Below, in pieces: positions 17,840 through 27,651 of a stretch of DNA of 54,665 nucleotides. Source of the stretch: an uncultured virus (IMG/VR IMGVR_UViG_3300021256_004112) (Duplodnaviria > Heunggongvirae > Uroviricota > Caudoviricetes); IMG/VR virus record IMGVR_UViG_3300021256_004112. One strand, written 5' to 3'. Each line of letters opens with the position of its first letter. The stretch's first letter is position 1. A program made the position numbers and the translations under genes. Under the pieces are notes generated by a model. That model ran no database searches and was not told the origin of the DNA. It saw nothing but the letters and a program-made list of their open reading frames with translations.

Positions 17840-19315
17840 TCACATATCGCAGGACATCTCCCCTGTTTTTCGCAAATCATGGGAATGGTGTTTAGCCAAC
17901 GAATGCGTCTTATGGAATACAGGCGTTACGGCGTCAGTTTCCCGCCCCATAACGTCGCCTTCAAATTTATGGTACGATTCCAACCGATAGCGTTTACAAA
18001 GGATATCCGCATGTAATTGTTGCGCCATACCGTCCATTGCCGCGACCGTCTTATTTACTGTTTCCCTTAATTCGTTACGGGCAGGCTTATGGAAGTGTTC
18101 GGCTAAAAAAAGGGCTTTTTCCCCAAAGGGATAAGTTTTAAAGCGACGGGGAATCACAGGCGTAGAACACGCCGCCAAATAGGTATGCACATCTTCCCTG
18201 TTGCACATATTACGATACCACTCTTCTATCTGCTGGCAATGTTTTTTGACGGACGGAAGGATACGAGCAAGGATTTTCTCTTCGATTTTAAATTCCGTAT
18301 CCATCATCCATATCTCCTGGTCTATATTCAATCCCACATATTGCCCGTTACGGAATCGTTTCTCTTTATAGAATTTCTCCTGTTCCGCAACAACAGGACG
18401 GATAGATTCAATATATTCTTTACGGGCTTGGGCATCAAAAGAAATATTCGCCTTGACTGTAGCCTTTTCTAAAGCTATCGCCCGTTCCACGATAGTTGGT
18501 TCTAATTTAAATATATCTATTGCGCTATGTATATCGCGCTGGTAGGGCGATTTTTTATTGAAATGGGAAAGGAATCCAAAGGATTTAGGCCTTTCAATCC
18601 CGGCCTTATCCAATAATGCCAAACTGATTGAATCCTCTTCAAATACATGCTCGCGAACCAACGCATGATAAAATCGGTTTATATAATCTTTAGGAACTTG
18701 TGTGTTCGCCACGATTCTCCCAAACAGCTCCTGTTCCTCTTTATGATGGTACATTTGTGCGACAATTTTAGTTCCCACCACAAACGCAAGCTCATTATCC
18801 GTCAAATGTTTCGTAACGGAAAAATCCAATATAATATCCTGTTTCGTATCACCATGTTCCAACAACAGCTTTTGGAAATTACCATCATCATTCTTGATTA
18901 ACCATACAGCAGATTTTTCCATATTTTCCGATTCGGTCAATTTATTATAAACGGAAACAATACGGCTCATTTCCCCATCCAATTTTGCTTTCTCTTCTTC
19001 GGAGACAACCATTGTATTTGTTTCAGGATTTGCGGAAATGAAGAAATCAGCAAGTTCCCATGGTTTTAAAGCGGGATGTTTTAAAATCTCCTGAATATCG
19101 TTTGCTTCTTTATCTTCTTTTGCCTGTGGGTTAAGCTCGGAAGGGTTTTCTGCATCATTCTCTGCTATAGTATTTTCTGTTTTAAATGGCGCAGTATGAT
19201 TATCCTGCGATACAGGAATAGTGTCCGATTGGGCAACCGTGTTATTATCTTTTACTTCAACATCCTGCGCAATACCCGCAAATTTTTTCAGTTTCGCAAA
19301 AAAAGTTTCTAACAT
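17840..19315 (-). CDS. Degenerate M48-peptidase-like protein
   Basis: LTDNELAFVVGTKIVAQMYHH (HExxH lost), EEDSIS, EPT..ER..AL; ATG 19315 has RBS AAGGAG. Confidence 0.65.
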   Translation of the reverse strand: MLETFFAKLKKFAGIAQDVEVKDNNTVAQSDTIPVSQDNHTAPFKTENTIAENDAENPSELNPQAKEDKEANDIQEILKHPALKPWELADFFISANPETNTMVVSEEEKAKLDGEMSRIVSVYNKLTESENMEKSAVWLIKNDDGNFQKLLLEHGDTKQDIILDFSVTKHLTDNELAFVVGTKIVAQMYHHKEEQELFGRIVANTQVPKDYINRFYHALVREHVFEEDSISLALLDKAGIERPKSFGFLSHFNKKSPYQRDIHSAIDIFKLEPTIVERAIALEKATVKANISFDAQARKEYIESIRPVVAEQEKFYKEKRFRNGQYVGLNIDQEIWMMDTEFKIEEKILARILPSVKKHCQQIEEWYRNMCNREDVHTYLAACSTPVIPRRFKTYPFGEKALFLAEHFHKPARNELRETVNKTVAAMDGMAQQLHADILCKRYRLESYHKFEGDVMGRETDAVTPVFHKTHSLAKHHSHDLRKTGEMSCDM

Positions 19316-19396
19316 AATATGACTCCTTATGGGATACCAAAACGCAAATTTTTGAATGATGTTAGATAAAAAACAACAAAATCTGATAAAGTACAT

Positions 19397-19465
19397 CTTG
19401 GAGTCCTGATTGCGGCTCCTACCCTTCCGTGGCATCCGCTAAACCCTTGGCGGGTGCCGTTTTTA
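19397..19465 (+). ncRNA. Candidate small RNA of about 70 nt
   Basis: Hairpin GGAGTC/GGCTCC, linker TACCCTTCCGT, terminator GGCATCCGCT/GGCGGGTGCC plus T5; G-U pairs favour the plus strand. Confidence 0.45.
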
Positions 19466-19516
19466 TTGTGATAAATAGAGAAAACCCGACTCCGAAGAAT
19501 CGGGCTTTTCGTAAAA

Positions 19517-19612
19517 TCACTTATTTTTATTGGTATCATCCGGTGACCCGATAATCCCGAACATTCGCAAGAAGACATATATAATAACAACGCCAAACAA
19601 TAATTCAAACAT
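19517..19612 (-). CDS. 31-aa single-TM peptide
   Basis: MFELLFGVVIIYVFLRMFGIIGSPDDTNKNK; RBS GAAAGGAG; hairpin at 19481-19510 follows. Confidence 0.65.
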   Translation of the reverse strand: MFELLFGVVIIYVFLRMFGIIGSPDDTNKNK

Positions 19613-19634
19613 AAGGATAACTCCTTTCAAAAAA

Positions 19635-20093
19635 TCAAACTCTAACTATCCAAGCTAACGAAAGCATCATACAAAGTATTACAAATGCGCTTTCCCCAAA
19701 ACTGCCCACATAGAACAGACGCGGGCAGACATACATCCGTTTATGCGGATGCCATACAGGAATTTTCCCGCATACCGCATCTTCGGCAATATGAAAAAGA
19801 CAGCCGACCAAAAACCATCCAATAACAGTAAGCGGGGAAAAATAAAATGATGTAAATAATAGCGGTCTTCCGTAAAAATAACGCATAGCAAGATATACGA
19901 CTCCCAATAAGACCGCATACATCACCCACCAATGGGATGTTTTACGATGATGGCATTGCCATCCGCCCGGCATCCAATACTCCACTTTATCAGGGAATGT
20001 ACTGCCAACAGTAGCAAAGACAGCGAACCACACATTTTGCGTCCCAGCCAGTACAGTCATTGCAGTAACGACCCGATGAGACAGCCATGTCAT
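19635..20093 (-). CDS. YdjM-like membrane metal-dependent hydrolase
   Basis: SH, GSTFPD, HHRKTSHW, FHIAEDA motifs plus TM segments. Confidence 0.85.
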   Translation of the reverse strand: MTWLSHRVVTAMTVLAGTQNVWFAVFATVGSTFPDKVEYWMPGGWQCHHRKTSHWWVMYAVLLGVVYLAMRYFYGRPLLFTSFYFSPLTVIGWFLVGCLFHIAEDAVCGKIPVWHPHKRMYVCPRLFYVGSFGESAFVILCMMLSLAWIVRV

Positions 20094-20098
20094 GATAG

Positions 20099-20323
20099 TT
20101 ACTCAGCGTTTCTTTTAGCGCCGTAGATATCGTCCAACTGTTCATCATCAAAACAGATGATATCACCGACTTCATCAACGGCGAATCCAAGGACGTTTAC
20201 AATAATCGCCGCCTGTTTTGCCGTAAGGTCAACAACGGATACCTGTTTATTGGGGAATAACAACCCAACCTGCATACCTTCCAGTTCTTCAATGTTCTTT
20301 ACTTTCAATTTCTTTTCAGCCAT
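20099..20323 (-). CDS. Hypothetical protein
   Basis: RBS GAAGGAG. Confidence 0.7.
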   Translation of the reverse strand: MAEKKLKVKNIEELEGMQVGLLFPNKQVSVVDLTAKQAAIIVNVLGFAVDEVGDIICFDDEQLDDIYGAKRNAE

Positions 20324-20507
20324 AGTTTTACTCCTTCCGCAAATAAAAAAATATAAAAAGAATCTTTAACTTCCCATATTATAGAAAAACGCCCTGTTTT
20401 TTATGAAACAAAACAAGGCATAAAAAGAAAAAAGCCGGGCAACCGTAAAATACGATTACCCGGACTTTTTGTTTGAATCATCCCCACAAGAAGCGGGGTT
20501 ACCCTTC

Positions 20508-20741
20508 TTAATTTTTCTGTTTATTCCGTTGCAAAGCGTTGATATATTCATCCAATGCGGCAAGGACTATTTCTGCCGTTTCAGGATAAGGTAAATTCCG
20601 TCCCCTGCCATTCAAGGCAATTAAAAGGGTACGGGCAATCCCGCTTTTTTCTTTGAACGCAGTCTGCAACTCTTTGGTCGCCCGAATTTGGATATAAACG
20701 TTCTTTATCGAACGCTCACCTTCCCTATGCATGAAAATCAC
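20508..20741 (-). CDS. Small hypothetical protein, possibly RHH DNA-binding
   Basis: VYIQIRATKEL..AFKE strand-helix pattern. Confidence 0.5.
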   Translation of the reverse strand: MIFMHREGERSIKNVYIQIRATKELQTAFKEKSGIARTLLIALNGRGRNLPYPETAEIVLAALDEYINALQRNKQKN

Positions 20742-20789
20742 CCCCTGCCTTTCATTTTACATGAAAACGTATTGACAGTCAAGGCTGTC

Positions 20790-21152
20790 TCAACTTTTCG
20801 GCTTACGGGGCGGCGCTGCAACCGCAATAACAGACATGACGTTTGCGATATCTGCGCTGGAAATGACCACGGTATCAGCCACAGAACGGGTCTTCGGGTC
20901 ATACTTCGTAAACGTGTAATCCCACTGAGCGGTAGGAATGTAGCCCAAACTCAACAGATTAGGGTCTGCGGAAACATCACGCGCCGTTTTCTTAGGCCAG
21001 ATGGTAGAATACCCTGCATACGGACCGTCCGGAAGCGTGATACGATAGCATTCATTACCTGCTTTTGACGTAAATTCTTTCGCATGTTCTTTAGGAATAT
21101 AGATGTTTTTCCAAGGGGAACTTGCTTTACCCTGTCCAGCATTGTAAGCCAT
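20790..21152 (-). CDS. Hypothetical protein
   Basis: RBS AAGGAG; upstream TTGACA-N17-TATAAT at about 21210-21238. Confidence 0.7.
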   Translation of the reverse strand: MAYNAGQGKASSPWKNIYIPKEHAKEFTSKAGNECYRITLPDGPYAGYSTIWPKKTARDVSADPNLLSLGYIPTAQWDYTFTKYDPKTRSVADTVVISSADIANVMSVIAVAAPPRKPKS

Positions 21153-21253
21153 ACTCTTTTTCTCCTTTTCCAATAAAAAATTTTCAAGACAAAACTATCT
21201 GTCAATACCATTATAAGTAATATAAAAGTTTTTGTCAATACCGAAACGCATCG

Positions 21254-22528
21254 TCAACGCTCCATCCCCTTATCTTCTTTCCTGCTGACAGAAATTGTTT
21301 TTTCCCTTGACTTGACACGGGTCATATAAATATAATTACCTACAATTTTATCTAACAGCTTCTTCCCCTCTTCAGATAACTTTGGGTCTTTCAAGGCGGT
21401 TTCCCTAAGATATTCAGGGGCGTCTTTTTGAGAACGGAAGATAGCGACCGAACGGCTGATTATGCTTTCCAAATGCTTCTTATCAGTTCCGTGATACAAC
21501 ATTCTTACGTCCCGAACTGTCTTACCGACTTCATATACATGACGGGTACTGTTAACAGTAAACGCAAGTGTTTTAGTAACATCTAACGGGATACCTTTAT
21601 ATCTCTCATACCGATGGTATTCCATGGCGGGAAGAATATCATGCAGAATCGGATTACCCCGTTTTGTATAAGAATGCCCATTCTTCCAAGCGGAAAATAA
21701 ATCCTTATCATAAATTTTTGATTTGAATTCACCAAAAGACAATCCTTCCAATTGCGGGTAATTTGCAAGTTTTGTCTGTGCCTGCTGATAATACTGATAT
21801 GCTTTCCTTTGAAATTCAATCTCTCCCTGTGTGGAAAATTCACGATACTCTTCCAACATATGTTCGGATTTTAATGTTTCTTTTATATCCATAGCTAACG
21901 TTTCATCCATGCGGAAGTTTTTCAGCCGACCAATATGGGTAGCATGGAATACATCTTTTGCTTTATCTTTCAATGGGAAATCAACAACATCAAGCAGTTC
22001 ATCCGCATCCTTAAACCGCTGTCCCGTAAGTTTACTGTAATCATATTCCGAAAGATACCGAACGGTAAGCTGCATAGGTGATATCCCCGTTTCTTTCCCC
22101 GATAATTCCATTACCGTAATATCCTGTTCCAAATTAGACACAACGGAACGGAAACGATGTAAGGTCGGCTCATCTAACGAAAAATCTTTCTCACCGCCCA
22201 AAGACGACTGGTTTAAAAGATTTATGCTCTCAACATGGAATAAAGCTTTGGCATAATCATCAGGGGTATTTATATTAGCGAACCCGTCACTGTTACGAAC
22301 AGCATTCATAGCGGCTGACAAACCTTCCTCATTTACATTAAAATATTTCTGTACTGCCTTTATATCAGTACCGATAATCGGTCGGTTACTTTCCGCATCA
22401 AAATTACGGAACATGGTATCAACCAAATCAGAAACATCTTTAAATTTTCCCGATTGGATGGTCGAATCCCTTTTTAATTCATCCAGTAAAAATTTCTGCA
22501 CATCTTGTTGAAACTGATTAAATTTCAT
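21254..22528 (-). CDS. Hypothetical protein; N-terminal domain paralogous to 47506-48006
   Basis: Starts MKFNQFQQDVQKFL; ends SRKEDKGMER. Confidence 0.8.
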   Translation of the reverse strand: MKFNQFQQDVQKFLLDELKRDSTIQSGKFKDVSDLVDTMFRNFDAESNRPIIGTDIKAVQKYFNVNEEGLSAAMNAVRNSDGFANINTPDDYAKALFHVESINLLNQSSLGGEKDFSLDEPTLHRFRSVVSNLEQDITVMELSGKETGISPMQLTVRYLSEYDYSKLTGQRFKDADELLDVVDFPLKDKAKDVFHATHIGRLKNFRMDETLAMDIKETLKSEHMLEEYREFSTQGEIEFQRKAYQYYQQAQTKLANYPQLEGLSFGEFKSKIYDKDLFSAWKNGHSYTKRGNPILHDILPAMEYHRYERYKGIPLDVTKTLAFTVNSTRHVYEVGKTVRDVRMLYHGTDKKHLESIISRSVAIFRSQKDAPEYLRETALKDPKLSEEGKKLLDKIVGNYIYMTRVKSREKTISVSRKEDKGMER

Positions 22529-22547
22529 AATATCTTCTCCTTTTTTA

Positions 22548-24011
22548 TCATCTTCCCGCAACATCCGCCATAGCATTATCCATCATCCGAACAGAAGGCA
22601 CAGCCTTCTTAACATGCTGTTTGGTACGATGTTGTGGTATAACCATTAACACGGATTTTGTTTTCAGGAAATTACACATCGTCTTTAAAGGATAGACGGA
22701 ATGTTCTATCTTTTGGCATCCGCCTGCTTTGGCCATATTCAGAACAAAAGATTTCTTTTGTAATAAAACAGGATGGACAGGACGATAAGGACTATGTGTA
22801 TCCCCTGTTTTTTCCACTTCCGCAAATTTACCTTCCAAAGTACATATATATGTTTTTTCTTTAGGGATACTCACATGCAGAACATCTCCTGCACAGATTT
22901 TCTCGACTGTTTTTTCCAATGAATCTTTTATCAACATTTCTGCTTCCTTATGAGATATGGATACAATCTGTTTTCCATAAGAAATCCGATACATTTTTTC
23001 GGGATTGAACGCATGATATTTATCCAATTTCATTTCCGTTAACGCCAAATCGTTGAGTGGAATTATTGCTTTTTTTCCTTCCTTGACCATAATCAGGAAT
23101 TCTTCATGTGCGTTCAGGCAATCTATATTATTAGTTTGTTCTTCAATCCCATTGAGGGCGAATATCGTATGAATTGTCTTTCGGATACCCTGTTTCTTTA
23201 ATAATCCGGACAATGCTGCATCAGCCCATGCTTTCCCATCGCCCAGTCCTAATTCATTGTCTTTCAGTAATATTTTAGAAAATTCATTATCCTGATATGC
23301 AAGATTAGCAACCATTTCCCGAACAGATTTCTTGTCTTTTCCATTAAGGAGCGAAGATAATGTAAGCTCATCAGAATCAGCCAATCCCGCATATTTAGAG
23401 ATGCGCACTCCCTGTTTTAATAACGATACGACCTTAGAAGCTTTTGCTTCCACAGTACACAATACATTGCTATGCACGATGCCGTCCCTGTCCAGCTCCT
23501 GCAACTCTTTACGAACGGGCTGTTCCAACGCCATAGACAACGGCACAGGCTCATAAGGATACCCAAATAAAGCGCCTTCTGGTCCAATATCCAAAAAACG
23601 GACAGGTCCCTGCACATACATAGCAGTATTATCTTTCGTACCGCCATATCCGCCGTCCTGAAATTCGCCCATGACCACATGTTTATCAGCCAGCCAAAGA
23701 GCATATTTTATATGTTGCCCTGTTTCTTCATTAACTGCTTCCAATACTTTTTCTATAAAATTACGGGATGTAAGAGATTTATAACCAAGCGGGAAATGGG
23801 ATGGCGAAAACGGGGTGTCCTGTTCGTCCATTGATTCCAAGACTTTGCCAAGAACACGCCCCATCTCTGTATTTTTTATTATGTTGTAACAACCTTCCAG
23901 ACAGTCGCGGTTTCCTAAATCTACCGTTTCATACAAAAGCACAGAAGCAGCGTCCCGTACCTTACTACCTGAATAGGATTCTGTCCGATATCCCACCTGT
24001 ATATCTTTCAT
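22548..24011 (-). CDS. Hypothetical protein
   Basis: Long ORF, RBS GAGGTG; ends MADVAGR. Confidence 0.8.
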   Translation of the reverse strand: MKDIQVGYRTESYSGSKVRDAASVLLYETVDLGNRDCLEGCYNIIKNTEMGRVLGKVLESMDEQDTPFSPSHFPLGYKSLTSRNFIEKVLEAVNEETGQHIKYALWLADKHVVMGEFQDGGYGGTKDNTAMYVQGPVRFLDIGPEGALFGYPYEPVPLSMALEQPVRKELQELDRDGIVHSNVLCTVEAKASKVVSLLKQGVRISKYAGLADSDELTLSSLLNGKDKKSVREMVANLAYQDNEFSKILLKDNELGLGDGKAWADAALSGLLKKQGIRKTIHTIFALNGIEEQTNNIDCLNAHEEFLIMVKEGKKAIIPLNDLALTEMKLDKYHAFNPEKMYRISYGKQIVSISHKEAEMLIKDSLEKTVEKICAGDVLHVSIPKEKTYICTLEGKFAEVEKTGDTHSPYRPVHPVLLQKKSFVLNMAKAGGCQKIEHSVYPLKTMCNFLKTKSVLMVIPQHRTKQHVKKAVPSVRMMDNAMADVAGR

Positions 24012-24043
24012 GGCACACCTCAACAACCCAATTTCTCTATAAA

Positions 24044-24074
24044 AGTATGCCGCGAAAACACTAAATACTCCCTA
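24044..24074 (-). promoter_or_regulatory. TAGG-class promoter, copy 2
   Basis: TAGGGAGT-N17-CATACT. Confidence 0.65.
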
Positions 24075-24125
24075 TCTCACAAAAAGAAAAAGACCTTCGG
24101 TAAACACCAAAGGTCTTTCTTATCT

Positions 24126-24776
24126 TTAAAGGGAAAAGTCCTGTCCGACTGCCATAGCTTTTGGACTGGAACGCCGCCTTACATTTTGCTGGCGCACAGG
24201 TTCATTGACGATTTTATCCAATTCTTTCTGTGTCATCCTGTTTTCTTTAAAATCCTCTTCCAAATGTAAATTTCGGATAGAATCTAAAACTTCATCAGCA
24301 TTCTCTATTGTATTTAATTTAGCGCCAGTACGTTCTTCAATTGTTTCCAAGCCGTTATACAAATCGTCTTTTATATCCTCTATATAAGAATCCAGCATAA
24401 CCTTATACTCACAGCGTTCATATAATGTCTCATCATCAATTTCCACTTCATCGGGCTGGTAATAATTGCCGGGATAGGTTGTAAACGTCCCCCCGTTATC
24501 TTCATAAAGACGATTAGTTGCATCTTCGTCCAAATCACAAAAATTAAAAGACGCTTCTTTCGGAATACCTAAATGCTTAAAACATGATTCAATAAGGTCA
24601 ATCCGCTCATCCACTTCCCGAATAGGAACATCATTATCCAAAAGGTCTTCACGGATATCATCCAACGAATCAATTTGGTTTTTACAGGAAAGAGCGGTCA
24701 AGAAAGAAGAAGAATCAAAAGAACCCAATTGCACTTCCTGCAATGTCTTTTTCCAATCTTGCATAGTCTTTTTCAT
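24126..24776 (-). CDS. Acidic hypothetical protein with basic tail
   Basis: Very D/E-rich body; ends VRRRSSPKAMAVGQDFSL. Confidence 0.75.
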   Translation of the reverse strand: MKKTMQDWKKTLQEVQLGSFDSSSFLTALSCKNQIDSLDDIREDLLDNDVPIREVDERIDLIESCFKHLGIPKEASFNFCDLDEDATNRLYEDNGGTFTTYPGNYYQPDEVEIDDETLYERCEYKVMLDSYIEDIKDDLYNGLETIEERTGAKLNTIENADEVLDSIRNLHLEEDFKENRMTQKELDKIVNEPVRQQNVRRRSSPKAMAVGQDFSL

Positions 24777-25393
24777 TGTGCCATCCCCTCATCCAACCCC
24801 ATATCGTTTGACCGTTGTACAGACGGGGTACGACGGGCAAGCTTACTTTTACGATTCGCTATCTGCGATACCAATTCCATATTGACCTTACCTGTTTCCC
24901 GTTCGATAATCCCCTTTTCCAAAAAACGGTCATAAACGACCTGAGAAACCATATTCAGCAACAAATCCCCTTTTTCTTCTGTCTGCTGGATATATTCTTT
25001 GGCTTTATCCTGTTTACCGTACCAGTCATAATAAAAAGCTTTTTCCAAAGAAGCAACGCATTCATCCATCTGCTCAATACAAGGGCGATGGGATTGCAAT
25101 ACCATTGCCGTTTCTTTACGCAGGACAGACGACATATCCGCATTACCCTGTGCCAACATACCCATATCATGCTGCAGTTTCTTTTCTATTTCCTTACGGG
25201 CGGCAACGATATGTTCCCGTTTATCATATCCGCCATACAGGACATTATATATAGCCTGTCTGCTTTTAGATACGCCCGTATCTTCTTCTATTCCCAAAAA
25301 ATCACGAAAGGGCTTGTCATATAATTCTTCAAACCGCTTACGGTCTTTTTCTTCTTGTGTCATAGTCAGTGTTCCATATATCTCCTTAAACAT
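24773..25393 (-). CDS. Hypothetical protein
   Basis: RBS GAGGT; ends RRTPSVQRSNDMGLDEGMAQ. Confidence 0.75.
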   Translation of the reverse strand: MFKEIYGTLTMTQEEKDRKRFEELYDKPFRDFLGIEEDTGVSKSRQAIYNVLYGGYDKREHIVAARKEIEKKLQHDMGMLAQGNADMSSVLRKETAMVLQSHRPCIEQMDECVASLEKAFYYDWYGKQDKAKEYIQQTEEKGDLLLNMVSQVVYDRFLEKGIIERETGKVNMELVSQIANRKSKLARRTPSVQRSNDMGLDEGMAQ

Positions 25394-25439
25394 GTCAATT
25401 ACCTCGCTTACTAAAACAATAAAATACATTCCTACCCAT

Positions 25440-25470
25440 AATGTACTATAAAAATTTTATATACTCCCTA
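25440..25470 (-). promoter_or_regulatory. TAGG-class promoter, copy 3
   Basis: TAGGGAGT-N17-TACATT. Confidence 0.65.
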
Positions 25471-25540
25471 ACAGAAGTCATGATAAACCCGCAATTAGAG
25501 AAAAATTAAAACCCTCTGCGACAAAACGCAAAGGGCTTAA

Positions 25541-25572
25541 ATTACAGAGTTTAACAGATTACAGAGTTTAAC
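25541..25572. repeat. 15-bp direct repeat, two copies
   Basis: ATTACAGAGTTTAAC at 25541-25555 and 25558-25572. Confidence 0.9.
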
Positions 25573-25657
25573 GGGCAAGTCCTTCTGTATTTACCTGTCG
25601 AAAAATAGACTGCAACCCAACATCTTTTACAGGTACGCCTTTTCTTTTAGCGTAATA

Positions 25658-26425
25658 TTACCTGCCCTTTTCAAATGTGTTACGCATTTTAAATCCCCGT
25701 TCCTGCGCCTGTTTTATCAACAACCTAAAGCTTGCTAACACTTTTTCAGCATTACGGTTATACGAAAGCAGATACCCTTTATTATTCCGTACATTATTAT
25801 CAAAAGCCCATTTTTCAATCGCATAAGCAAGTTTATTTTGTTTATCGGTCAATACAGGACTGCGCTTAAAATGAAAAACTTTAGTATTTTCATTTTGTCC
25901 TACATTCATTGATTTATCTGCTTTATCCTGCGCCTTTTCTTTAAGAGGAATAACAAATTTTTCCAATGGCATATCCTCTCGGGTCTTTCCAGCGAACAAT
26001 ATCGTTCGCTCATTCTCAAACTTTTTCAAAGCATACTCCTGCGTTAACAAAGTTTCCATGTACATTTTATTTTCACGACGTAACGCGTCCAATGCTTTTA
26101 AAAAAGTTTTGCTGTTTTCTTCTTCAAGACAAGTTTCAATGGATAATCTAAACTCATCCCGATAATTTTCGTCTACTGCATGATGCACAGACACTAAATA
26201 TTCCTCTGCGCCAGAAGCAATACATAAAGTACGTTTATCCCAATATGGTCCTTCAACGCGACAGTCGGCAACAGTTCCTTCTTTCTTATTACCTGCCATC
26301 AATCGAAACAAGTCTTGCACGATTTCAGGCTCTTTATCCATCTTATCCAAACTGACATTATAAACCTTGTCCGCAAGACCTTCCGGACTGTCCCATGAAA
26401 ACTCAAAATGTGCATACTGTAACAT
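25658..26425 (-). CDS. Hypothetical protein
   Basis: 255-aa ORF; ends KMRNTFEKGR. Confidence 0.75.
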   Translation of the reverse strand: MLQYAHFEFSWDSPEGLADKVYNVSLDKMDKEPEIVQDLFRLMAGNKKEGTVADCRVEGPYWDKRTLCIASGAEEYLVSVHHAVDENYRDEFRLSIETCLEEENSKTFLKALDALRRENKMYMETLLTQEYALKKFENERTILFAGKTREDMPLEKFVIPLKEKAQDKADKSMNVGQNENTKVFHFKRSPVLTDKQNKLAYAIEKWAFDNNVRNNKGYLLSYNRNAEKVLASFRLLIKQAQERGFKMRNTFEKGR

Positions 26426-26454
26426 AATATATTCAACCCCTTTCTTTGGGGCAT

Positions 26455-26485
26455 ATTGTACAACAAAACTGCAAAAAACTTCCTA
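26455..26485 (-). promoter_or_regulatory. TAGG-class promoter, copy 4
   Basis: TAGGAAGT-N17-TACAAT. Confidence 0.65.
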
Positions 26486-26562
26486 CAAGAAAAATCCCCT
26501 GCGCTGTTTTACAAACACAGGGGAAACACCAATTTAACTTTTTATATTAACTACTTCAATTA

Positions 26563-27630
26563 TCAAAGCTCTATATTATGGTCAATATGTTTTACATTAT
26601 CTTTCTTTGTACGGGGACGAGACAATGGACGGGATGCATATTCCCTAACCGTTGCCAAATTAACATCCATAACAAAACCATTGATGCGCTCCATATTCGG
26701 CTTATTGGGCAATACGCTATGTTCTGCAGCATACTTGAATTTTGTTTCCAAGTCATCTACCATTTCAAAGAATTCCGACTGGAATGTATGGTCATCCTTT
26801 TGATATTTACCCATACGGATATCCATCAAAAGGTCATGTTCCTTTTCCCGATAAGTATGCATCTTCCCTGTTTCCAACAATTCTGTACCCGTAAACAACA
26901 AACGGACTAAATGCATGGCATGTTTATTAAGATGGGCATCATCTTTCTTCCGATTCCGATGATTCAGTTTATCATACTGACGGATAACAGATTTCAATTC
27001 AGAAAACATACCATACGCATCATTTAACGGATAATCTTTCAGGTTCATGGAAGTAACCAAGCCGTTATCAGACAAAGCCACGGTAACGCCATACTGTTCT
27101 TTATATCGTTCATTGAAAGTAGACAGCGCGTTTTCCAAAGAACCCAAAATATGCCTGTCTTTTTCCTGTTTCGGGTAGGCATCATGCGCCAAAGCATTCT
27201 GCAAGCGACGAAGTTGTGCTGTAGCATACCCGCCAAAAGAGAACTGCGCCTTACGGGAATAAAACATATCCTGTTCAGCGATAAGACGCCGACCGATAGT
27301 ATCCAAAAACAGATAATCCTGTTCCCGTAACCCTAACATTTCCACCATGTTAGGATTACAATTAGCCAGCAATGGTACAGCCCGATTTAATGCGTATACA
27401 ACGGTATCCGTTTCATTATCTGTCCGTTGGCGGAAGCTTTCCAAACCCAACATATCCTCCACATTATTTTTAGCAATCCCGCGGATATCTACATCACTGG
27501 AAGGGATGTTTGTGCCATACGAATGACTGCCACCCAATCCTAACAGGACAATCCCTTTCATCCGTTCTTCCGTTTTTAAAAATGCGTATTCCGGCAAATC
27601 TAAAATCCGTTTACGTTCTTTTTCTTCCAT
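26563..27630 (-). CDS. Pol-beta superfamily nucleotidyltransferase (YcgL/RlaP-like)
   Basis: GGSHSYGTN...SDVDIRG, NCNPN..E.L, KHAMHLVRLL. Confidence 0.85.
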   Translation of the reverse strand: MEEKERKRILDLPEYAFLKTEERMKGIVLLGLGGSHSYGTNIPSSDVDIRGIAKNNVEDMLGLESFRQRTDNETDTVVYALNRAVPLLANCNPNMVEMLGLREQDYLFLDTIGRRLIAEQDMFYSRKAQFSFGGYATAQLRRLQNALAHDAYPKQEKDRHILGSLENALSTFNERYKEQYGVTVALSDNGLVTSMNLKDYPLNDAYGMFSELKSVIRQYDKLNHRNRKKDDAHLNKHAMHLVRLLFTGTELLETGKMHTYREKEHDLLMDIRMGKYQKDDHTFQSEFFEMVDDLETKFKYAAEHSVLPNKPNMERINGFVMDVNLATVREYASRPLSRPRTKKDNVKHIDHNIEL

Positions 27631-27651
27631 AATAAATCACCTTCCAAAAAT

